24,462 bases of DNA, from positions 1 to 24,462 of the IMG/VR virus record IMGVR_UViG_3300048023_000141; one strand, written 5' to 3'. The DNA comes from a virus. Lineage: Duplodnaviria; Caudoviricetes. Below the pieces are notes generated by a model, which saw nothing but the letters and a program-made list of their open reading frames with translations, was not told the DNA's origin and did no database searches. The position numbers were made by a program, and so were the translations under genes. This document shows, piece by piece, positions 19,501 to 24,462 of this stretch; positions within the stretch are counted from its first letter, which is position 1, and every line of letters starts with the position of its first letter.

Positions 19501-20938
19501 CGGTGGCGGAGGATCAGGTGGTGGTTACAACGGTAGTGGAACTACTGATGGATGCTATCCTGGTGGTAACGCACAAGGAGCTACACAAGGATTGGTAGCA
19601 AGTGCTGGAGCTTTAGATTTCGCAAATGGTAGTTCTGGTTCCAGTGGAGGTTGTACTGCTGGAGGTGGAGGTGGAGGTGGATCCGCCTGTGGTGTTATTA
19701 ATGCTGCTTCTGGTGGTATCGGTGGACAAGCGGGTGTCGGACACAATGGTAATGGTGGTGGTACTGGTGGTACAAGAGGTATATCTGCATATAGAACATC
19801 ATATTGGGTTGGTGCAGTGTCAGAAGATGAACTAGGTTCACTCCCAACAGTTGGAGGATATGTAAAAATACAATTCTCAAATGTCACTGAATATTATGAC
19901 AACACTGGTGGTGGTGGTGGACAAGGTGGTAACCTTAACTTATCATTTGGTGGTGGTATTGCTACTTCAGTTACATATACTTTACAAGCTGCTGGAAATG
20001 GTGGTGGAGAAGGTCTTAATGGAGGTGGAGGAACTATAGATGTAATTTACTTTGGACAAGAAGAAGGAACAACAGTACCAGGTGGAACTACATCACCAGC
20101 AGGAAGATATTATGAATGTGATAGTGATGGTAATCCTATAGGTAGTCCTTTCATTGATAATGTATGGCAATCATCAACTGATCCTAATATTAATCAAAGA
20201 GAATTTGGTACAGGAACTGGAAGTGTTGTGGGATTTGTAGGTGGTACTGCTATTCCATATAATACTCAAACTAAAATACAAAGATACATTGAATTTAAAG
20301 GTGCTGCTACTGACAGCACTGGTAAAAGACAATTGGAGGTAGGAACATTTAATTTATCACAAGCAAATAAAATGAGATTTACTGTCATTCGTGGTAGCAA
20401 TCAAAATGGTGGAGAAAATCCAGATCAAGCATTAAATGTATTCTATAGAAAAGGAGGATCCAATACTGTTACGTTATTCAGTCAAATATTATTGGCAGCA
20501 AATGCTGATCCTCTTTGGCAGACACCAGAAATTACAATTGCTGAAGGAGATGCAATTAGAGACGCAAATATAACACTAATCTTAGAACAAGATCGAGGAC
20601 CTGTATATCAGACAGCTGCAGCAGCAGATGATAATTATGGTTTGGGTGCTATTACATTATTCTATGATTCTAACACAGTTACTCAATTTATATCAACTGG
20701 TGGTGCTACTCTTACTGGTAACTTAGATGAAGGTGGACAACCTATCAATGCTGATACTGGTATTGATCAAGTTAGAAGAGAGGTATCAGCAGTTGGTGCA
20801 GCATTAACAGTTACAGATGGTAGTTTCACAATGTCATCATCTACACCTATTACAACTGTTGCTGCTGTTACTGCAGAAAATAACATTCCTCTTATAACTA
20901 AATACCATAGGGTAAAGTATTTAATTAAGGCATTATAA
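16535..20938 (+). CDS. Large tail-collar / tail fibre protein with cupredoxin-like insert and Gly-rich region, 1467 aa
   Basis: PVGTVLP...LYCDGKSLLIRDYPELYSIIKNTYGG [long insert] TFNLPDYRQRKILGFG. Two HSH motifs. Long GAGGGGG tracts. C-terminal KYHRVKYLIKAL. Confidence 0.82.
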   Translation: MATYRNSYANYYSDKTGNHSPVGTVLPVFADLNLASQDPEYTYPQHLYCDGKSLLIRDYPELYSIIKNTYGGAAAQNITQPAQPGGLRRSYIINNKLFFQFYWDSTNNKANVKRPYPYGAVFRFSLGTNPYGSFPITGIFNQTTFYQLIQPTEDVTAQAQTNEFAYELVLPDSVDLTTVTQSDYNIVFTTGSNAPTSHVIDVTNTGDTAYVLTGNDRDGSVSGNNPTVTVGVGDIIQFNVNITGHPFLIKTVNSNGTANQLPNYTGSGNGVVGNGAGDATTGVVTLYTSGLSGVTLYYNCQTHAAMNGSIAIGGAGPAIHPDIVVQKSYNLQDYPYNIGTFNLPDYRQRKILGFGNVNGAGTSTPENAINNSVGQIGGQWYIPKDTLINSGDFFVIGDVKTTGYNSIAADISAYITGTVKYQIGPMDDYVFPFPPTHSHRMLTVEVDQTKLAELGTVEVDKFAVNYVTTRANVNLFEPAGSAGQALGHSHGLIGVPLQNSLTATYGNSNGIGDKLGTTGGQQYQYMISEAPQINVLSVTYDSVTDLITVNCDGNHNLSIGDIITINQATPSEFSGNFTIVATGFGLGSFSVGPRDGETPQQATAGGTGITVQLANGYFTETEVVIAPRAYVVDNTTLVGGKQIQFDIPGNSFVISQSTFTTPQGGIISVPDASGGQISGCSITMNAPGGGGADSDNDGQNGGYAEVGITVDGTFYTIRAVGGGGGTSGSGGGSGGSGGSFIIPQALLDDTRFNFNQTLGDAGDNGGIPGTGSNVSLGGGVVGAIPSGAQSTGGNGTAQIKSVSNTDPVTTYTSNGTWTIPSPAAGEISRSISIEISGAGGGAGNANSGSNCSSTWTGWPTTVSGKTGANGGYGGRGARLIGAIAATAGTLEWDLGNGGNAGFNTRQGNTVGGTPGNDPATGLPWDNWPGGIGNGSEPGGITPGVTGATGCLSGAGGQGTWGNGATAGSGGGASGIFLNGVLIAGAGGGGGGGGSGGGYNGSGTTDGCYPGGNAQGATQGLVASAGALDFANGSSGSSGGCTAGGGGGGGSACGVINAASGGIGGQAGVGHNGNGGGTGGTRGISAYRTSYWVGAVSEDELGSLPTVGGYVKIQFSNVTEYYDNTGGGGGQGGNLNLSFGGGIATSVTYTLQAAGNGGGEGLNGGGGTIDVIYFGQEEGTTVPGGTTSPAGRYYECDSDGNPIGSPFIDNVWQSSTDPNINQREFGTGTGSVVGFVGGTAIPYNTQTKIQRYIEFKGAATDSTGKRQLEVGTFNLSQANKMRFTVIRGSNQNGGENPDQALNVFYRKGGSNTVTLFSQILLAANADPLWQTPEITIAEGDAIRDANITLILEQDRGPVYQTAAAADDNYGLGAITLFYDSNTVTQFISTGGATLTGNLDEGGQPINADTGIDQVRREVSAVGAALTVTDGSFTMSSSTPITTVAAVTAENNIPLITKYHRVKYLIKAL
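18590..20035 (+). repeat. Glycine-rich low-complexity coding region (probable polyglycine-II bundle domains)
   Basis: APGGGGA, AVGGGGG, SGAGGGAG, IAGAGGGGGGGGSGGG, AGGGGGGGS, TGGGGGQGG, encoded by ggt/gga/ggc runs. Confidence 0.8.
20897..20904 (+). promoter_or_regulatory. Possible late promoter variant (ACTAAATA)
   Basis: TAAATA core about 35 nt before the chaperone-like gene start; weak evidence. Confidence 0.25.
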
Positions 20939-21781
20939 ATGGCAACCATAGCATCACCATCAGCAACTTCACTATACTTGAATGCCTTTGACAAGACTAT
21001 TCAGTATGAAGGTATAATAAAAACCATAGACGATGATTATTGGACTAGTGATATAGTTCCAATATTATATCCTATGTGGGATTCTGATAATGATAAGTTA
21101 GAAGTATTTGTGCAGTACAAAGATGGTACTTCAAGAATGAATAAAACGAAATATTCACGTAATCAGAAAACTGGAGTATATAAATGGATTTCGTATCAAT
21201 TTGATCTAGCACCATTTACAACAGAAATTGCTGACCTTAATACTAAATTAGTTGAGAAGTGGACAGAGTATAGACAAGGACAAGAGAATGATTTAGAACG
21301 TGCACTAGCAGCATCATTTGCAAATACAGCAATACTTAATTGGACTAAAGTTGCATTAATCAGAAATTTCTTACTTATGGACAGTGACTGGACACAGGTC
21401 GGAGACGCACCGCTTACTGCAGAGCAGAAAGCACAGTGGGTGACATATAGACAGAAATTAAGAGATATTCCTGCAGATCAGAAAAATAAAAGTGCTAACA
21501 CAGTGGTATTTCCCATCACACCAACAAAACATGCTAAACTTGCTGATAGTTTAACTTATCTTGATGATGTATCACACTTCTATACTATACCACAATCAGT
21601 TTACAGTAAGTTCTCAACTAGAATAGTAAACTATCTTGCACTAGCGATAGGTACAATAGATATTGATGAAATGCCAGTAACTCGTATTGCTAGACCAGAG
21701 GGTAGTATACAACCAAATACTGGTGACACTACACTAGACAGTATACTTAAGATGATTGATGAAGGAGACTTTGGAGAGTAA
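20939..21781 (+). CDS. Tail fibre assembly chaperone-like protein, 280 aa
   Basis: RNFLLMDSDWTQVGDAPLTAEQKAQWVTYRQKLRDIP matches the phage tail assembly chaperone signature RN.LL..SDWTQ..D......W..YRQ.LRD.P. Directly abuts the fibre gene. Confidence 0.78.
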   Translation: MATIASPSATSLYLNAFDKTIQYEGIIKTIDDDYWTSDIVPILYPMWDSDNDKLEVFVQYKDGTSRMNKTKYSRNQKTGVYKWISYQFDLAPFTTEIADLNTKLVEKWTEYRQGQENDLERALAASFANTAILNWTKVALIRNFLLMDSDWTQVGDAPLTAEQKAQWVTYRQKLRDIPADQKNKSANTVVFPITPTKHAKLADSLTYLDDVSHFYTIPQSVYSKFSTRIVNYLALAIGTIDIDEMPVTRIARPEGSIQPNTGDTTLDSILKMIDEGDFGE

Positions 21782-21783
21782 TT

Positions 21784-22146
21784 ATGCCATTAATATCATT
21801 AAATCCTAAAACTAAAGACATGCTTGCTGCTGATTATGCAAAGTTAAGTAATCAGTATATGATAGTTATTGACAATAGTAAATATCACACACTAGCAACA
21901 GACAAGAAGGCAACTGTACTCGCATATTATACACCTATCTTACCAGAGGCAGAGATTGATAGAATATTTGAACTAGAGTACATATATTATTATTTTCCAA
22001 ATGAACAGACAGCATCAGACTATTGTGAGCAATGGTTTCCACAACCACAGAATTTACCAGACGCAGATCATTATATAAGAGCGTATGTTCTCAGACCAAA
22101 CGGTACAATACCATACGAGAACGCAGATCCTACACCACCTGGTTGA
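21784..22146 (+). CDS. Hypothetical protein, 120 aa, last gene of the structural cluster
   Basis: Starts 2 nt after the previous stop, GGAG upstream, codon usage like its neighbours. Confidence 0.8.
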   Translation: MPLISLNPKTKDMLAADYAKLSNQYMIVIDNSKYHTLATDKKATVLAYYTPILPEAEIDRIFELEYIYYYFPNEQTASDYCEQWFPQPQNLPDADHYIRAYVLRPNGTIPYENADPTPPG

Positions 22147-22170
22147 CAACGACCAGAACTGTGATATAAT
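22143..22170 (+). promoter_or_regulatory. Consensus sigma70-type (early) promoter with extended -10
   Basis: TTGACA (22143-22148), 16-nt spacer, TATAAT (22165-22170) preceded by TGn. Next ATG at 22192. Confidence 0.85.
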
Positions 22171-22191
22171 AATCGTAGTTATCAATAACCA

Positions 22192-22425
22192 ATGCAAGTA
22201 CCAGATACTTGGATGCTCCAACACATGCAACTACAGGCGATACTCAGAGATAACGCAATTTCTGAGGATCAAATGAAGTATCTTGGCGAAAAAGAATATA
22301 CAACAGAGTTTTGTGCTCATCCAGAATATCATGGACATATAATGCCATGGTATCTGATTGGTGGTGAACATGAAGTTCCAGTTTGTGACATTCAAGACGT
22401 TCAAGGCAGTGAGGAGGATATATAA
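22192..22425 (+). CDS. Hypothetical protein, 77 aa (probable early gene)
   Basis: First ORF after the consensus promoter; fills the gap without overlap. Confidence 0.75.
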   Translation: MQVPDTWMLQHMQLQAILRDNAISEDQMKYLGEKEYTTEFCAHPEYHGHIMPWYLIGGEHEVPVCDIQDVQGSEEDI

Positions 22426-22444
22426 AAAAACTTACATTAAAACT

Positions 22445-22762
22445 ATGAGAGATCAAGGTTCGGTAGGAAAGGAAAGTCCAGAGGTGAAATATGATAGAGC
22501 ACTCGCTTTATTCACAGAGTCAGTGATGGAACCCAATCATCATTTAAGAGGTTGTGCACATAATCAAGGATGCTATGATGAACTCATGGAGATCAGAAAG
22601 CATGTATTAGATTATCTCAAGACAATGAGAGAAGTCACACATCACACTAATGCTGATGAGAGTGATGAAATAGAAAGTGCAAAGGTCATGGAAGCAAAGT
22701 ATGTCACACCACATGATAAAACAATGCAGTTCATGCGTGATACTATACCAAATAGATTTTAA
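22445..22762 (+). CDS. Hypothetical protein, about 105 aa (MRDQGSVG...)
   Basis: In-frame ATG at 22445, 19 nt after the previous stop, preferred over ATG22358, which overlaps the upstream gene. Contains CAHNQGC. TAATG coupling to the next gene. Confidence 0.72.
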   Translation: MRDQGSVGKESPEVKYDRALALFTESVMEPNHHLRGCAHNQGCYDELMEIRKHVLDYLKTMREVTHHTNADESDEIESAKVMEAKYVTPHDKTMQFMRDTIPNRF

Positions 22763-23004
22763 TGGATAAGCAGGATAGATTGATCACTGCACTACAATAC
22801 ATACACAGTGTGGACAAATTGATAATTGATGAAGATTATCAAGGTTACATGGGTAACAAACTACTCATGGTAGAAATAGAAATTCAACGACAACTACAAC
22901 TTATTACCAATGAAAGAAGAAGATTTTCGAGCAGCAATCAACAATATACTGATGATGCAAAGCAACAACGATCAAAACTTTCAAATCTTGCAAGCACAGA
23001 TTGA
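22762..23004 (+). CDS. Hypothetical protein, 80 aa
   Basis: TAATG coupling to the upstream gene. Amphipathic helical N-terminal ~48 aa. The tail overlaps the next ORF by 95 nt. Confidence 0.62.
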   Translation: MDKQDRLITALQYIHSVDKLIIDEDYQGYMGNKLLMVEIEIQRQLQLITNERRRFSSSNQQYTDDAKQQRSKLSNLASTD

Positions 23005-23107
23005 CAACTTACAGAAACAACTGAACGAACTGAACGATCTCAAGGAGATGTTTAGACTACCTAACCCTGCTAACGCAAATAGGAAAGAGTTCGATGTTGT
23101 TGACTGA
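22910..23107 (+). CDS. Hypothetical coiled-coil protein, 65 aa
   Basis: Heptad-like FQILQAQIDNLQKQLNELNDLKEM; fills the space up to the next ORF. Confidence 0.68.
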   Translation: MKEEDFRAAINNILMMQSNNDQNFQILQAQIDNLQKQLNELNDLKEMFRLPNPANANRKEFDVVD

Positions 23108-23429
23108 TCTTCAGTTACTCCAACCAATAGTATGTGATGGTATTGTTGGTTACATCAATTTTATATGCGAAGACTATGTTACCATGACATTCATGGATGA
23201 ACCACTACCCGCATCTATGAATAGTAGATGGGGAAGACATCAAGTGGCAATGTGCATATATCCGCAGGATTTATCAAAGGTGAGAGTACACCTTACGGAA
23301 GAAGAACTCAATCGCCCAGTTCTACACCGTGCCAGTGACTCTCTATTAAATGACCATAGACGGAACAACAAGAAATTTGGGTCAAGACCCGCCCCTGATC
23401 GCAACAGTAGATCACATCCGTACAAGTAA
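23094..23429 (+). CDS. Hypothetical protein, 111 aa
   Basis: 14-nt overlap with the previous gene. Short beta-rich N-terminus and basic, probably disordered C-terminus. Ends just before the palindrome/promoter. Confidence 0.65.
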   Translation: MLLTDLQLLQPIVCDGIVGYINFICEDYVTMTFMDEPLPASMNSRWGRHQVAMCIYPQDLSKVRVHLTEEELNRPVLHRASDSLLNDHRRNNKKFGSRPAPDRNSRSHPYK

Positions 23430-23430
23430 T

Positions 23431-23444
23431 TCCGCAATTGCGGA
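23431..23444. repeat. Perfect 14-bp palindrome TCCGCAATTGCGGA
   Basis: Equals its own reverse complement. Intergenic, between a stop codon (23429) and the promoter dyad. No U-tract follows. Confidence 0.8.
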
Positions 23445-23502
23445 GTGGACAGTTAGGAAAGTGTAACAATCTCTTGCACAGGGGATTTTTATGCGTTATA
23501 AT
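23445..23502 (+). promoter_or_regulatory. Early promoter with upstream dyad motif (copy 1)
   Basis: GTGGACAGTT-N6-GTGTAACA, then TTGCAC (23474-23479), 17-nt spacer, TATAAT (23497-23502), AAATACA. Confidence 0.75.
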
Positions 23503-23509
23503 AAATACA

Positions 23510-23542
23510 GGGAAACAAATGCTTACGAGTATTTTGTTTCTC
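23510..23542 (+). other. Predicted 5'-leader RNA stem-loop with UACG loop
   Basis: GGGAAACAAATGCT-TACG-AGTATTTTGTTTCTC gives 14 pairs (2 G:U, one bulged U) and starts about 7 nt after the -10 box. Confidence 0.6.
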
Positions 23543-23564
23543 GCACCCTATTATACAATCAGAC

Positions 23565-23798
23565 ATGTCACAAGACGAACTCACTCTAGCAATTCCACTC
23601 AACCTATCACAACTCAAGTTTATTATTGATGCAATGTGGGAGTTAGATCCATACTCAGAGCAGAGACTATGTATTGGTAATAAGACGAGTGCTCCATCAT
23701 TAGAGAAGCATTTACAATCATACCTATCATGCGGTTTAAATTATATTGATAGTATGCCAGTTGACAAGGTGTCCACAAATGCTACACAGGCAGCGTAA
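23565..23798 (+). CDS. Hypothetical protein, 77 aa (probable early gene)
   Basis: Follows the promoter and leader hairpin. Its 3' end overlaps the next promoter's dyad motif. Confidence 0.6.
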   Translation: MSQDELTLAIPLNLSQLKFIIDAMWELDPYSEQRLCIGNKTSAPSLEKHLQSYLSCGLNYIDSMPVDKVSTNATQAA

Positions 23799-23811
23799 TA
23801 TACACTATAAT
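23753..23811 (+). promoter_or_regulatory. Early promoter with upstream dyad motif (copy 2)
   Basis: TATGCCAGTT-N6-GTGTCCAC, weak -35 TACACA (23783-23788), 17-nt spacer, TATAAT (23806-23811), AAGTACA. AAGGA precedes ATG23837. Confidence 0.72.
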
Positions 23812-23836
23812 AAGTACATAAGCAACAAAGGACATC

Positions 23837-24295
23837 ATGACAAACACAGCACTATTCATCTCAGCAGCAGCAGAAGTAGAAGCATATGCACAGACACTAT
23901 GTGACACAATAGAGGAGAACTTCAAGCAAGACTCTATTGATTCATACAACAGAATGATATTGAGAGAAGGTACAAGCGACTATGCAGTACAGAGATTAAT
24001 GGAGATCAGCAATGGTACTGCTAACCTTTACAAGTATGTGATACAGAAAGGACGTAAGTATCTTAAGATCGTACAACAGCAGTATGATGACATGGGTCCT
24101 AATCCAACTAATGAGTACAGAGATGGTTCAGTACATGCATTCATAGACAGAGAGACAGGTGATGTATACAAACCCGCAGGATGGGCGAAACCTGCAAAGC
24201 ACGTAAGATACAACCTACTAGAGAGAAAGGACAGAGAATTCTTATTTAACTACAAAAACGTTGGATGGGCAGGAGGTTACCTTTACATGAGGTAA
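23837..24295 (+). CDS. Conserved phage protein of unknown function, 152 aa
   Basis: GRKYLKIV...GSVHAFID..TGDVYKPAGWAKPAKHVRYNL...W.GGYLY is a motif I recall from small proteins of large myoviruses. Has its own promoter and RBS. Confidence 0.85.
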   Translation: MTNTALFISAAAEVEAYAQTLCDTIEENFKQDSIDSYNRMILREGTSDYAVQRLMEISNGTANLYKYVIQKGRKYLKIVQQQYDDMGPNPTNEYRDGSVHAFIDRETGDVYKPAGWAKPAKHVRYNLLERKDREFLFNYKNVGWAGGYLYMR

Positions 24296-24325
24296 TCCAC
24301 CCACCACTCACTATCCCGCAATTAC

Positions 24326-24462
24326 ATGAATCTACTCAAAGATTACATCAAGGATTTTATTCAACCATATCCTCGTCTTAGATACACTAAGGGAGAATAT
24401 GAGTTAAGAGTTCTTCCAAAAGAGGAACTAGATATAGATGAGGAGAAGAAGTATTGGAGACT
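24326..24462 (+). CDS. Hypothetical protein, 3'-truncated (MNLLKDYIKDFIQPYPRLRYTKGEYELRVLPKEELDIDEEKKYWR...)
   Basis: ATG at 24326 is open to the window end; absent from the supplied ORF track. Confidence 0.6.
   Translation, partial: MNLLKDYIKDFIQPYPRLRYTKGEYELRVLPKEELDIDEEKKYWR

Noticed and set aside
2152-20994. Numerous 60-170 aa minus-strand and alternate-frame ORFs inside the structural genes
   Set aside because: Shadow ORFs produced by biased codon usage (e.g. Pro-rich antisense of Gly tracts at 18799-19311 and 19555-19887). No motifs or expression signals.
22358-22444. N-terminal extension of the 134-aa ORF
   Set aside because: Overlaps the upstream 77-aa gene; ATG22445 gives normal spacing.
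23313-23336. Third copy of the dyad motif (GCCCAGTTCTACACCGTGCCA)
   Set aside because: Imperfect spacing, inside a CDS, and no TATAAT at the matching distance.
23438-23629. 63-aa ORF
   Set aside because: Runs through the palindrome, promoter and leader hairpin and overlaps the better-placed 23565 ORF.
23761-23766. TTGACA as the -35 of the 23806 TATAAT
   Set aside because: The spacing is 39 nt, far too long; it lies in the spacer of the dyad motif.
1-24462. tRNA/rRNA genes, integrase or transposase
   Set aside because: The window is almost entirely coding and no such signatures were recognised.

Overview
AT-rich segment of a T4-like marine cyanomyovirus genome (Prochlorococcus/Synechococcus-phage type; inferred from gene content and organisation). 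All credible genes are on the + strand. Bases 1-22146 form a tightly packed structural cluster: the 3' >=4605 codons of a giant virion protein (open from base 2), three tandem tail-collar/short-fibre-like genes, a tail-fibre assembly chaperone-like gene and a small hypothetical. Bases 22143-24462 hold short hypothetical genes behind sigma70-type early promoters, two of which share an upstream dyad motif. Top observation: the helical repeats of the giant protein match phycobiliprotein (globin-fold) motifs in register, including C-x-R-D (the alpha84/beta82 bilin-attachment motif) and a second Cys in a beta153-like context. This raises the hypothesis of a bilin-binding virion protein. The repeats are also nested like balanced brackets, giving a branched domain tree. 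The longest collar protein carries an inserted cupredoxin-like domain with a complete His/Cys/His/Met ligand set. All family assignments are by-eye motif recognition; no searches were run.
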